Source: a virus | Direction: 5' to 3' (one strand) | IMG/VR virus record: IMGVR_UViG_3300005340_000038 | Span: 1-64,000 of that record | DNA: 64,000 nucleotides | In this document: piece by piece, positions 1 to 9,187 of the stretch | How positions within the stretch are numbered: the first letter of the stretch is position 1 | How the letters are laid out: each line of letters begins with the position of its first letter | Made by a program: the position numbers and the translations under genes | Notes under the pieces: model-generated | The model's input: only the letters and a program-made list of their open reading frames with translations | Told to the model about the DNA's origin: nothing | Database searches by the model: none

Positions 1-377
1 ACATCGGAATAATAGCGGTACGGTATGCCCGTGGGGGATACGCCGCCCGTGCGCCCCGTGCGCTGGTTCTCATGCGTGCTGAGGGCGTGCTCTGATGTGT
101 ACCCTACCGTAGCCTGCCATCCGCTTGATGTGCGCTTTGGCCCATCCATGTAAGCCGTGTCGCGTAGATGCTCGCCCTTGCGATGCTGCACAGTGCCTGA
201 TGCGCCACGCGATGAGGTCGTGCCGTGCAGTGCGCCGTAGGGAGCCGCTTCACGCGATGCCTGATAGAGCCTTCGCATGGCGTCTTGCGCATAGAACCGT
301 GAGGCAGATTGTTGCTGCGCGTCGAGGGCGTATAGATTCTCTATGACTTGGCTTAGGCCGCGTAGTTCAAATGGCAT
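1..377 (-). CDS. Putative tail completion/neck protein (HK97 gp10-like), runs off window edge
   Basis: Hand translation from ATG at 377 (RBS GGAGG): MPFELRGLSQVIENL...HLRDTAY...ATVGYTSEHALSTHE; position right after head-closure gene; not in ORF track because truncated. Confidence 0.5.
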   Translation of the reverse strand, partial: MPFELRGLSQVIENLYALDAQQQSASRFYAQDAMRRLYQASREAAPYGALHGTTSSRGASGTVQHRKGEHLRDTAYMDGPKRTSSGWQATVGYTSEHALSTHENQRTGRTGGVSPTGIPYRYYSD

Positions 378-386
378 ATTTACCTC

Positions 387-704
387 CTAAACCCTGATTT
401 CCCAATGATGCGGCGACGTCTCGTCGTACATAAGCTCTAGCCGCAATATCGGTGGCGTAGTGCCGTCCGGCATGGTGAGCCGCGAGTCATACCGTATCGT
501 CGACGTGCTATCGAGTATCACTAACGCCATAGACGTTACATCGCGCCCTGTCACGTCCCTGATGATGCGTATCTGATGCTCTACTCGCGCCGCGACTGAT
601 ACGGCTGTGCCATAGGTCGGCGTGCCGTAGTCGTCCAGTGAGGCGAACGGCGCGATGGATACGCGATGGATGAGGAGGCTGCGAAACTCAGGGTCTAGGG
701 GCAT
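387..704 (-). CDS. Head closure / head-tail adaptor protein
   Basis: 105 aa, DDYGTPTY and I.R.E..YDE...HHWEI pattern typical of SPP1 gp16-like proteins; synteny. Confidence 0.6.
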   Translation of the reverse strand: MPLDPEFRSLLIHRVSIAPFASLDDYGTPTYGTAVSVAARVEHQIRIIRDVTGRDVTSMALVILDSTSTIRYDSRLTMPDGTTPPILRLELMYDETSPHHWEIRV

Positions 705-727
705 GCTAGTTACTTCTCATTCCAGGG

Positions 728-1069
728 TTAAGAAGGCCACGAACCCAACATTTCTATCTTCTCATCTGTTCTGCCAACGGTCAAACACGATGCGACATTG
801 CCAAACACCGGGCCAAGGTTAAAATCAGCATAGCCATCATGGAATGTAAATCCCTGCCCTATGCAGACATATTGTCTTTCATCTGGCTTTACATGCTTTT
901 CGATGGAAAACTCTTCAATCTTATCTTCGTCTTCTTTATTCCCAGATAGGTTTATCCTAGAATAGAATGCGTCTCCTTCTACCTTATTGACAACACCTAA
1001 CGGGCGAGACATAATATCATGGAAATTGTCTATTTCTTCTTTTGTGAAACCGTCCCAGAAATTGCTCAT
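728..1069 (-). CDS. Hypothetical protein (moron-like insert)
   Basis: 113 aa, AT-richer than neighbours, strong RBS CAGGAGGCAAAT-ATG. Confidence 0.6.
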   Translation of the reverse strand: MSNFWDGFTKEEIDNFHDIMSRPLGVVNKVEGDAFYSRINLSGNKEDEDKIEEFSIEKHVKPDERQYVCIGQGFTFHDGYADFNLGPVFGNVASCLTVGRTDEKIEMLGSWPS

Positions 1070-1118
1070 ATTTGCCTCCTGAATTCGTTAGCTACTTCGA
1101 CTCAGGGTCTAAGGGCAT

Positions 1119-1454
1119 CTACGCTGCTTCAGTCTCGTTTTGACATTGCGCCATCTGATTGGACATATCCCCCATGATTTCACTACGCAAGTCTAGTTTT
1201 GCTATCCCCTTGTCCCATGCCTCCTTGAAAAGCTGACGATTGAGGTCTTCGTCTATTCCTTGCAGCTTATATTCATAGCTCATCATACTACCATCGAAAT
1301 GCAAAGATATCGATTCTGGATAGCGAAGGAGTTTCCCATATCTAGGGATAGATAAGCGAATTTTTGCATGTGATGATTCGCAGATTTCGGCCATATCCTT
1401 ATTGCGGAAAGGCTCAGCGCATGCCTCGCATACAAACATCTGCACTGCGTACAT
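1119..1454 (-). CDS. Hypothetical protein with N-terminal CxxC...CxxxH (moron-like insert)
   Basis: 111 aa, FVCEAC...ICESSH; same 18-bp RBS leader as 728-1069. Confidence 0.6.
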   Translation of the reverse strand: MYAVQMFVCEACAEPFRNKDMAEICESSHAKIRLSIPRYGKLLRYPESISLHFDGSMMSYEYKLQGIDEDLNRQLFKEAWDKGIAKLDLRSEIMGDMSNQMAQCQNETEAA

Positions 1455-1471
1455 ATTTGCCTCCTGAATGC

Positions 1472-2173
1472 CTATACTGCCTCAATACTGCGTTTGTATG
1501 GCCATAAATAGTTTAATGAACTCTCGCACAGCCCGCCACCACCCTGCGTGCTGCTTGAGCCATAGCTGATCGATAGCGAGCCAATGCGACGTTGCGTCAC
1601 CGTTTGGTTGCGCTGCTCGTTGTTGTATCGGTGCATGACCGACTCAATCGCTGCCTGCCTAATGTCAGCCGGTAGCGTACCGGTCTGTCCCGTAGTGTAC
1701 CCAGCCGTATACGTCACACGGTACCGTGGCCGCTCTGATCCCGGCATGGGGTATCGCTCCAGCGTCTGCCCGTACTGCGTGGACCAGCACCACCCCGTCT
1801 GGCGGTACAGAATGCCCGCCATCGCGTCTGCAATCTCGTAGTCAGTCAGCGTCTCGGGGTCGTCGGGGTTGAGTATATCCTCGACGAGCGATACAGCCGT
1901 GATGGGGACTCCAGGGTAAGCGCCTCCTACACGCTGGCACCCTAGCAGTAGATGCACATTGCCATAACCCGGCACTGTCTCACGGTACACCTGAGAAATC
2001 AGATGGTACCCGAGATACTGACGGATACTGGCACTGACTGACGTAATGACGTCGATCATATGCGCCTCATCCGTCACGACATTAGCCTGGCTCAGAAAAG
2101 ACTCAGGCAAATCCTGAACCTCAATGAGCCGCGTGTCGTTCACTGATGCCGGGGTAACAATGCTGATCGCCAT
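1472..2173 (-). CDS. Head-tail connector (gp6/gp15-like)
   Basis: YRVTYTAGY...LPADIRQA...RIGSLSISY motifs; position downstream of capsid genes. Confidence 0.7.
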   Translation of the reverse strand: MAISIVTPASVNDTRLIEVQDLPESFLSQANVVTDEAHMIDVITSVSASIRQYLGYHLISQVYRETVPGYGNVHLLLGCQRVGGAYPGVPITAVSLVEDILNPDDPETLTDYEIADAMAGILYRQTGWCWSTQYGQTLERYPMPGSERPRYRVTYTAGYTTGQTGTLPADIRQAAIESVMHRYNNEQRNQTVTQRRIGSLSISYGSSSTQGGGGLCESSLNYLWPYKRSIEAV

Positions 2174-2577
2174 TACTCACCCTGCATGAGCTGTTTGATC
2201 AACTCATCTGCGTCGGCCTCACGAATGGCATGCGGATTGACCACGTTGCCCTCAGCATCAACAACGTCCCACCATGCGGGGTTGGGTCGTTGCTGCTTCG
2301 TATACTGCGCGGGCGCGTCAGGGTCAACGACAGGTACGGGAAACTCCTCATCGCCATCCTCGACTACCACGGGCTCTTTGGCAACGGGGGCCGCATCCAT
2401 CATCTTATCCATAGGCGGGGCGTCCATCGCTTTCGCCTCGGGCATCTCGTCGTCCATCACCGCGACCTTTTTTACATACACGAGATAGTTGGCTTTCTCA
2501 GGATCGCAAGTAATTCTATCTTGCGTATTGTAAGGCGGGTAACCGCAAATAAACCGGACAACTACATCTTCTGCCAT
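2173..2577 (-). CDS. Hypothetical head-region protein
   Basis: 134 aa, AKAMDAPPMDKMM motif common in small post-capsid genes; translationally coupled to next gene. Confidence 0.55.
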   Translation of the reverse strand: MAEDVVVRFICGYPPYNTQDRITCDPEKANYLVYVKKVAVMDDEMPEAKAMDAPPMDKMMDAAPVAKEPVVVEDGDEEFPVPVVDPDAPAQYTKQQRPNPAWWDVVDAEGNVVNPHAIREADADELIKQLMQGE

Positions 2578-2588
2578 GAGTTAGCCTC

Positions 2589-3050
2589 CTATGTTGCAGG
2601 GTAAATCTGGCCGCCGCCGAACACAAACACAGCAGAGACTACTGCCGTGTCGGTATCCGCTGCGCTCAGATCAGCCGTGCATTGCAGCCTGATATACTGC
2701 CGAGCCATGTCGAGGGGGATATCCAGCGTGATCATTCCTGAGATCGTATCGTCACCCGTACCTACAACCGTCTCAGGATAGGCAGGCGACAAGTCGGCGG
2801 GTGCGTCGCTGAAATCGTCTGCCGTGTCGTCCTGAACGTTTGCCGTAATCGTTAGCGTCTCATCAGCCGCTAACACAGCCGAGTACGTGATGACCACTTT
2901 GCAGCTTAGATAGATACTGCCGAGAGCGAGTCGGTCAATCGTAGGCCCGTTGACCTCTTCACCGTCATCGCCCGCACCCGCTACTAGCGATGCAGGCGTT
3001 AAGGCGATTGCAGAGGCAATGTAAGCACCAATATCATGCGGACCCATCAT
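2589..3050 (-). CDS. Putative capsid decoration/cement protein (paralog 2)
   Basis: Beta-rich 153 aa downstream of MCP; clear similarity to 3081-3536. Confidence 0.6.
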   Translation of the reverse strand: MMGPHDIGAYIASAIALTPASLVAGAGDDGEEVNGPTIDRLALGSIYLSCKVVITYSAVLAADETLTITANVQDDTADDFSDAPADLSPAYPETVVGTGDDTISGMITLDIPLDMARQYIRLQCTADLSAADTDTAVVSAVFVFGGGQIYPAT

Positions 3051-3080
3051 CGTTATCCTCTATATTGCCCCTGCAATGGG

Positions 3081-3536
3081 TTAAGCGGGGTAAGTGTCCA
3101 CACCACCAAACACGAAGATGCCGCAAATCGCGACCGTGTCCGTGCCACTCGCGCTCAGGTTCGCTGTCACCTGTGCACGGATATACTGGCGTGCCATCGT
3201 CAGCGGCACGTCAAGATGCACAGTGTTGTAGATCGTCCCGGCACCCGTCTCCACCACGGTCGCAGCATAGGCGGGCGACAGGTCGGCAGGCGTGCCATTG
3301 AACGCGCTCGCTGTGTCGTCCTGGAGGTTTGCTGTAATCGTCAGCGTCTCAGACGAGGCGAGCACGGCACGATAGCCAATGATCAACTGGACGCTTTGAG
3401 GATGCGTGGCCAGCCCAAGCAAATTACAAGCGGGGCCATTCACTTCCACGCCATCATTGCCTGCACCTGCTGTAATTGTGGCAGGGATCAGCGCCAACTC
3501 AGACGAGATATAGGCCCCAATATCTTGTGGCACCAT
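3081..3536 (-). CDS. Putative capsid decoration/cement protein (paralog 1)
   Basis: Start reassigned to MVPQDIG (RBS AGGAG); immediately follows MCP. Confidence 0.6.
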   Translation of the reverse strand: MVPQDIGAYISSELALIPATITAGAGNDGVEVNGPACNLLGLATHPQSVQLIIGYRAVLASSETLTITANLQDDTASAFNGTPADLSPAYAATVVETGAGTIYNTVHLDVPLTMARQYIRAQVTANLSASGTDTVAICGIFVFGGVDTYPA

Positions 3537-3587
3537 TTCAGTTCTCCTAAATGTAATTGTACCCAAGTGTTACCGTATTGGGGGCTA

Positions 3588-4880
3588 TTACGTCGTTACC
3601 GTTACCCAGTCCACGTCCTTGAGATAGGCGATGGACTCGGCATGTCGCACAACCATGTCATGCTCGACAATAGCGCGAACCACGTTCTGATCCAGCGAGA
3701 AGGCAGACACCACGCCAGAGCCGTCATGGTACGCAGCGGTGTCAGAGGCAGACAGCATCAGAGAGGTCGTCTCGCCAATCACCACGTCAGCGAAATCAGC
3801 CAGGTACAGCTCGCTTTCAGCCGAACCCGTTACCGTCAAGTCAATCGGGATTTGCGTGGTCGTGGCAAAGGGCCATCCCCACAGCGTTCCGCCGAGCATC
3901 TCTTGCCGGAAGACATAGTTGCTGTTGGCGTCAAGCGCGGTCATGAGAGCGATCTGGGTACGCGGGGCCATCACCCAACTGGGGCGAATCATGCGAACGT
4001 TGGATTGCATGAGCAGCGTGATCAGACGACCGAGGTCATTGATGACGTTCTCAGTCACGGGAGAGGCATTGCAGGCGATGGCATTGGCCGATGGTGTCCA
4101 AAACTTCAGACCTTTTGGGCTTCCCGCCGTACCATCACCGCGAATAAATGCGAGATCGGAACGTTGGGCAATCGCGGCCACGAGGTCATCGCGGATCATC
4201 GTATTGGTGTCGCCAGCCGTGCGCCGAATCATGTCGTTGGAGACAGGCACGATAGCAGCCAATTTCTTCGCCACCATCTGCACCTGGCCAAACACAGGCT
4301 GAGTTGCCGGGGCATTCTGGTTCTCACCGATGTATCCAGCCGCGCTGCCTGCCGTAAGCTTGGGCAGAAGGAACGTGCCGCTCGTCATCGACATGGTGAT
4401 GGGATTTAGCTGGCGGATGGCCGACATGGGGCGCAGCAATTCGATAACGCTGGTGGCCATCTCTTCCGGCACGAGGAACCCGCCCGCCGTGGCATCCGTA
4501 GCGGCGAGGGCCTTGCAGATGGGGTCATCGCCATAGTTCTTGTAGTACCAATCGGTCGCGGCAGAGACAATGCCCTTGCCCGCTGCGATGGCACGAATCA
4601 TGCGCGTCACCTGATCCACTTTGGCGAGCTGATGAGGCGGGGCCGACACAGCGCCGCCCGCCTGGCGCACAAGCGCGTTGACGTGAGCCAGGGCACTCGC
4701 CACGCCGTCTTGTGGAACCTCGGAGGTAATGATGTTTTTGCCAGCAAGGAATTTGTCATATTGCTCGCGCATGGGAGCCATATGCGCTTCAATGGTCTCG
4801 GCAATGATCGGACCGCAGATGTCCTTGAGCATGCCAATCATGCGGACTTCGTTGTCTTTTGTGAGGGTAGCTGCTACCAT
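3588..4880 (-). CDS. Major capsid protein, HK97 fold
   Basis: AGGFLVPEE, YIGEN, AKKLAAIVPVSNDMI, AFIRGDG..SPKG motifs. Confidence 0.92.
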   Translation of the reverse strand: MVAATLTKDNEVRMIGMLKDICGPIIAETIEAHMAPMREQYDKFLAGKNIITSEVPQDGVASALAHVNALVRQAGGAVSAPPHQLAKVDQVTRMIRAIAAGKGIVSAATDWYYKNYGDDPICKALAATDATAGGFLVPEEMATSVIELLRPMSAIRQLNPITMSMTSGTFLLPKLTAGSAAGYIGENQNAPATQPVFGQVQMVAKKLAAIVPVSNDMIRRTAGDTNTMIRDDLVAAIAQRSDLAFIRGDGTAGSPKGLKFWTPSANAIACNASPVTENVINDLGRLITLLMQSNVRMIRPSWVMAPRTQIALMTALDANSNYVFRQEMLGGTLWGWPFATTTQIPIDLTVTGSAESELYLADFADVVIGETTSLMLSASDTAAYHDGSGVVSAFSLDQNVVRAIVEHDMVVRHAESIAYLKDVDWVTVTT

Positions 4881-4904
4881 CTCAATTTCCTTAGTAGGTA
4901 AGGG

Positions 4905-6470
4905 TTAGCGGGGCAGACGTCCGTACGTCCTCAGTACTTCCTCGGTCAGCAGCTTGTCAGTCTCCTCACGGACAACATCACTGACTAACGCGACCATGCT
5001 CTTCATCCAATCATCATCCGGCTCAGGATCAGGCTCTTTAACCTCAGGCTCTTCAATCAGCCCTGTGAACCACTGGTTAAACTGCACCACTTCATCAATG
5101 TCGATGACCTCGCCTTGTACCACTTCCACTAGCTCAGCCTGCTCGGCCTTCTCAGGCTTCAGCGACTCGGCTTCTTCGAAGAATCCCGCCATCTCTAGCA
5201 GGTTGACCAAGTCCGCATCTCGCACGTCGTCTTTGCCAATGGCGCGAACGAATTTGGCATAGGCTTCCCAGGCGTCAGGGTCGCGTTGCCAGGGCGCAGA
5301 ACGGCCAAATGCCTGGTAGTGGCTGGCTAAATGTGCAAGTGCTGCATCAGCATCGTCGGAGGCAACAACGATGAGCGGCAGCTTCGATGCAGCACTTGCG
5401 ACGCCGCGCCATGACACACTGCCGTCATGGCTGTTATGGTGTGGGAGCAGGAGGTCATCGTAGGAGCGGGGCGGCATGTGCTTAGCCACAGCGAAATGGC
5501 CAGCAATGCGCTTTGTCTCGCGCGTAGAGAGGGTGTGGAACGGGGTGTCTGCGCCTGCGAAGTCTGCAAGTTGCGGGGATTTCCATTCGGCGGACATCGG
5601 GGCCGTGCGAGCGGATACGTCGCCTGGAACGTGTAGCGTGCGATGCGCCTCATTGACTGGCTCAGTAGAAGCCTCAGCCTCAAGTCTCTTGATATGATCA
5701 TTAATGTCTGCTCTAATGTCAGACATGTCAGCAACAAGAGTTAGGGAGACTTCTGAGGAACCTGTTGAGGCTAGCCCAGGATTACCAAGCGAATATGTTT
5801 TGTGATCAGCCGCGGCCTTATGTGCGGCCTCTACCTTGCTCTTGGGTACCCAGATACCCGCCTCGCCGTGCCATTCGTCTAGCACGCGCTCACACCACGC
5901 CACATAGGGCGCAATCGTGTCCGCACCGAGTGCAGACCGGGCCTCGACTAGGGCTTCGGGGTTAGATGGGACGGAGACTACGGAGTGTTCGAGCAAGAGT
6001 TGCGAAGTGAAGTCAACGCCGTTGCGCTCGTTGTTGATGACATACGTGCGCGGGGCGAATCCGACAGAGACCGCGTTGAGGAAACCGCCTTTGACGAGTT
6101 GGTAGATGGTGTCAGCGAATGGATAGACGTCTCGTGTGGCAAACTCGTCAATGGAGCTGAGACGATTCGGGGCTTGGTGGAGTTCTACGGACTTGCCAAT
6201 AGACGGCTCGCCGTAGATATGGCCCCAGAGCACGACAGGACACTGCCGGTACTCGGTAATATCCCAGCCCTGTTGGTCAATTGTATCTCTGTCGCGGTCT
6301 ACGGATGGGGTAGAGAGCGTAAACTGAATGCGCCGGGTTTCCTCCGCAAACGTCTTCGAGGTCGCACCGGCAAAAGATTTGCGGAGCAATAGATCATCAG
6401 GGCTAGATTCGCCCTGAATCGCCTTTTGCTTCCATTCATCGAGGGGGATATAACGAAATCGGTTGGACAT
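4905..6470 (-). CDS. HK97-family prohead protease with long C-terminal extension
   Basis: STPSVDRDRDTI, PVVLWGH, GFLNAVSVGF, LLEHSVVSVPSNPEAL; start set at MSNRF. Confidence 0.88.
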   Translation of the reverse strand: MSNRFRYIPLDEWKQKAIQGESSPDDLLLRKSFAGATSKTFAEETRRIQFTLSTPSVDRDRDTIDQQGWDITEYRQCPVVLWGHIYGEPSIGKSVELHQAPNRLSSIDEFATRDVYPFADTIYQLVKGGFLNAVSVGFAPRTYVINNERNGVDFTSQLLLEHSVVSVPSNPEALVEARSALGADTIAPYVAWCERVLDEWHGEAGIWVPKSKVEAAHKAAADHKTYSLGNPGLASTGSSEVSLTLVADMSDIRADINDHIKRLEAEASTEPVNEAHRTLHVPGDVSARTAPMSAEWKSPQLADFAGADTPFHTLSTRETKRIAGHFAVAKHMPPRSYDDLLLPHHNSHDGSVSWRGVASAASKLPLIVVASDDADAALAHLASHYQAFGRSAPWQRDPDAWEAYAKFVRAIGKDDVRDADLVNLLEMAGFFEEAESLKPEKAEQAELVEVVQGEVIDIDEVVQFNQWFTGLIEEPEVKEPDPEPDDDWMKSMVALVSDVVREETDKLLTEEVLRTYGRLPR

Positions 6471-6657
6471 AGCAATACCCTGTGATAGAGTATCGCGCCG
6501 TCTCAACCGAACCAAGCGCGGGGGATATTAGATTATTCTGCTATAAATATATATAAAGGCTAAGCGTTTGTCCACAAATAGGATAAATATCCATGTGAAT
6601 CATCTCGGCATTGGATATTGGCACAATGCCGAGAGCTAATGGCGAGTGCTATTTTGG

Positions 6658-6879
6658 CTACAGTGCTTCCTCATATCCCTGTTGTGTCAAGACGTATCCC
6701 GCGCCTGTGCGCTTGATATAGCCTCTGGTTTCCCACCGTCTCAACGTCGAATCACTCGGCATTACGCCTCTGAGTAAATCACCGGAGCGATGCTGCCCAT
6801 AGATGCGGTCAGATTTTTGGCCTAATGCAGCTCTGAGTTTTTTCGACGTAGTTGGATGAACATTATGATGCAAGGCCAT
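6658..6879 (-). CDS. Small hypothetical protein (possible winged-helix)
   Basis: 73 aa, TLRRWETRGYI...YVLTQQG pattern. Confidence 0.45.
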   Translation of the reverse strand: MALHHNVHPTTSKKLRAALGQKSDRIYGQHRSGDLLRGVMPSDSTLRRWETRGYIKRTGAGYVLTQQGYEEAL

Positions 6880-6884
6880 CGTTA

Positions 6885-7064
6885 TTACTCCTCATCTGTG
6901 CCAATAATTTCTAAGTCGAGAACTCTTCTAATCTCATCTCTAGTCATCGCGTTATCAAAGTCTTGCCTCTCATACTCCTCGATTGCATTCATGATGGCAT
7001 CCTCTTCTGTCTCTCCCTCTCCCATCATACACAACCCTAGCCAGACTCTGTATGTCTCAGTCAT
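6885..7064 (-). CDS. Small acidic hypothetical protein
   Basis: Start MTETY with GAAGGG RBS; GETEEDAI motif. Confidence 0.45.
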   Translation of the reverse strand: MTETYRVWLGLCMMGEGETEEDAIMNAIEEYERQDFDNAMTRDEIRRVLDLEIIGTDEE

Positions 7065-7071
7065 ATACGTT

Positions 7072-7461
7072 TTACCCTTCGTGCTCAACAACAAAAACCC
7101 AATTCCGTTCAACTCCATCTATTTTCTGCATAATCAACATTCTGTCATCGTCAAAAACGATGAATGGATTTAGTAAATCAGATTCGAGTCTGTCAGATGT
7201 TGCTTGTGTCGTAAAAGCAAACGTTTTGACCCATCCACATAGCACTATCTCTGCTTGTTGTGCACATACTTTCCATAGAACGGAAATATCATGGTCTTTT
7301 ATATTTTCTCCATCATGGCCTTGGCACATAGATTTTTGACAGCCATCAAATTCAACTACTTTATATATTTTACGACCTAGCAAATTCAGGGCAACATCTG
7401 CAACTTGTTCTACATTAAGAGAAGTAAGCGTTCCAGCCCAACGTCGGTTAATCTTTCTCAT
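7072..7461 (-). CDS. Hypothetical protein
   Basis: 129 aa AT-rich ORF in accessory cluster. Confidence 0.5.
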   Translation of the reverse strand: MRKINRRWAGTLTSLNVEQVADVALNLLGRKIYKVVEFDGCQKSMCQGHDGENIKDHDISVLWKVCAQQAEIVLCGWVKTFAFTTQATSDRLESDLLNPFIVFDDDRMLIMQKIDGVERNWVFVVEHEG

Positions 7462-7489
7462 ATCTGTTGTCTCTTCGTTATTCTAATTA

Positions 7490-8107
7490 CTAAGCTGCTT
7501 GCAACTGTGATTCGCGCATCTGAGCGTACACTTCGCGCAGAGCTAAGGCAAAGGCTGCCCGATAAGAGTCACAAGCATCTCGAATTTCTTTGGCGATCTG
7601 ATGAGCGCGGTGAAACATATCAGCTTTGCTTGCCACAGGGAACAAAAACATCTGAGATGCGTGGGATTTAGAAGCTACCTGAGTCGTCTGTGGTTTGACG
7701 CGGATGAGTACTTGTGTTTCCGTGCGGTGCGTCCCTGTTACGTGCTGAATAGTTGCTTTACTATGATAGTTGAGCCAAGACTCAGCGTTCTTAATAGCTG
7801 AGTCAGAATCCACATCCCAGAATGAATCCACAAAATTTTTGCCGTCCCAAATGCAGACTAAGTAAGGCGCAGTCAGTTGCGTCGCTTGTGGGTCTGCGTC
7901 CGTGGACGCGTATTCAGCTACCAGAGTCAGAACACCATACTGAGAAGTCCGACGGTAAATTTCAGATCGAATCCCAGAAGCAGCGATAGTCTTAGCCCAA
8001 GCGCGCGCTTTCTTAAGAGTCGAAGTCTGGCCATAATCAATACCCCAAGAAGGAGCGCCTTTGGGATACGTGGTCACCAAGTAGAATGCCTTACTCATGT
8101 CTATCAC
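7490..8107 (-). CDS. Hypothetical protein, first gene behind a strong sigma70 promoter
   Basis: 205 aa; C-terminal MFHRAHQIAK...YRAAFALALREVY motif seen in phage early genes. Confidence 0.55.
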   Translation of the reverse strand: MIDMSKAFYLVTTYPKGAPSWGIDYGQTSTLKKARAWAKTIAASGIRSEIYRRTSQYGVLTLVAEYASTDADPQATQLTAPYLVCIWDGKNFVDSFWDVDSDSAIKNAESWLNYHSKATIQHVTGTHRTETQVLIRVKPQTTQVASKSHASQMFLFPVASKADMFHRAHQIAKEIRDACDSYRAAFALALREVYAQMRESQLQAA

Positions 8108-8149
8108 CCTTCAGTTAGTTCTTGTTGCTGTTCTCATCCTCTAATCATT

Positions 8150-8178
8150 AATATACTACGAGTGGTGACATATGTCAA
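8150..8178 (-). promoter_or_regulatory. Sigma70-type promoter with palindromic operator over -35
   Basis: Minus strand TTGACA-N17-TATATT; palindrome TGACATATGTCA (8166-8177) overlaps -35. Confidence 0.7.
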
Positions 8179-8263
8179 CGCTTTGGGTGGTGAAAAATGT
8201 CATTGCGCCAATTTTTTTATTCGGCTATATTACACTATATATAATAATATTAAAGGAGGTAAT

Positions 8264-8518
8264 ATGGAATCATTCGGTGACAGATTGCGTCGGTTGAGGG
8301 AATCCAAGGGGCTGAGCGGGCGGGGACTGGAGGCATCAGCGGGCATATCTAAGGGCATCGTTCAGCGGCTAGAGGCTCATAGTAGAGACTACCCCTCGGT
8401 GCCTACGGCTAAACGGTTAGCTCGCATCCTCGGGGTGACGTTGGACTATCTCTGCGGCATGGACCAGGAGTGGGACGAGGCAGGCCACGCAGAGCCTACC
8501 TCGAAGCGTGGCGCGTAG
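8264..8518 (+). CDS. XRE/Cro-C1 family HTH regulator
   Basis: MESFGDRLRRLRESKGLS...PSVPTAKRLARILGVTLDYL; RBS AAAGGAGG. Confidence 0.85.
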   Translation: MESFGDRLRRLRESKGLSGRGLEASAGISKGIVQRLEAHSRDYPSVPTAKRLARILGVTLDYLCGMDQEWDEAGHAEPTSKRGA

Positions 8519-8720
8519 ACAATGCGACGTGGGTGGATGACGTCTTGGCGCACACCCACTCGCTCATTTCTATTTTAGATCGTGACTCGTTGAAATAGAT
8601 GACGAACCGCCCCACGGGCCTTCGCTCTAGCTCGCCATCGCAGTGTGAGAGCAACAGCATAATGTCGAGCATGCGGGGCGACAGGGGTATCTCTTTGCCA
8701 TCGTAGAAGACTTGCAGCAT
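8496..8720 (-). CDS. Small hypothetical protein
   Basis: 74 aa ORF continuing minus-strand operon. Confidence 0.4.
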   Translation of the reverse strand: MLQVFYDGKEIPLSPRMLDIMLLLSHCDGELERRPVGRFVIYFNESRSKIEMSEWVCAKTSSTHVALSTRHASR

Positions 8721-8730
8721 ATTGCACTCG

Positions 8731-8940
8731 TCAGGCTGTTAGGTATTGGTCGATGTGGCTAGTAGTCTGCAAACACTCGTGCATAGACTTATCTTCTGGA
8801 TGTTCTATAAACCAAATATCGGCTAGGTCATCATAATTTCTATTCTGCTCATGAGTAAATGTGTAGCCTTGGTACATATAATATATCACTGCTTCTTTTT
8901 CTAGCCACCAATGCTCACGGTAAAAATCATCTTGAGTCAC
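8731..8940 (-). CDS. Small hypothetical protein
   Basis: 69 aa, RBS AGGAGG. Confidence 0.45.
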   Translation of the reverse strand: MTQDDFYREHWWLEKEAVIYYMYQGYTFTHEQNRNYDDLADIWFIEHPEDKSMHECLQTTSHIDQYLTA

Positions 8941-9178
8941 GATTGCCTCCTAATCGCATAATCTCAACTCCGCGCTGTATCGTCTCATTGAACGGGCTAG
9001 CCAATCGCGCCCTGATCAAGTCGCCTTCCTGCTTCTGTAGCCGCTTCAGGCTCAATCGCAACCCCGCAATCTCTTTCTCGTCTTCTACGCTGAGATTGTC
9101 GCGTCGCTGCAAATCGGCGACGCGTTCATATATCCGGTCAATGCGCTGATTAATGGCCTGAATGGCTTCTTGGGCCAC
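8927..9178 (-). CDS. Small coiled-coil hypothetical protein
   Basis: 83 aa, RBS GGAGG directly after portal stop. Confidence 0.5.
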   Translation of the reverse strand: MAQEAIQAINQRIDRIYERVADLQRRDNLSVEDEKEIAGLRLSLKRLQKQEGDLIRARLASPFNETIQRGVEIMRLGGNRDSR

Positions 9179-9187
9179 GGTTGCCTC

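Noticed and set aside
3036-4409. 457-aa plus-strand ORF and similar long antisense ORFs (e.g. 35129-35866, 42333-43067, 46824-47585, 47618-48334, 52987-53637)
   Set aside because: Shadow frames opposite better-supported genes, with no recognisable motifs.
6470-6545. Third copy of the structured late leader upstream of the protease
   Set aside because: Shares only AGCAATACC, in the opposite orientation, and lacks the terminator hairpin and U-tract.
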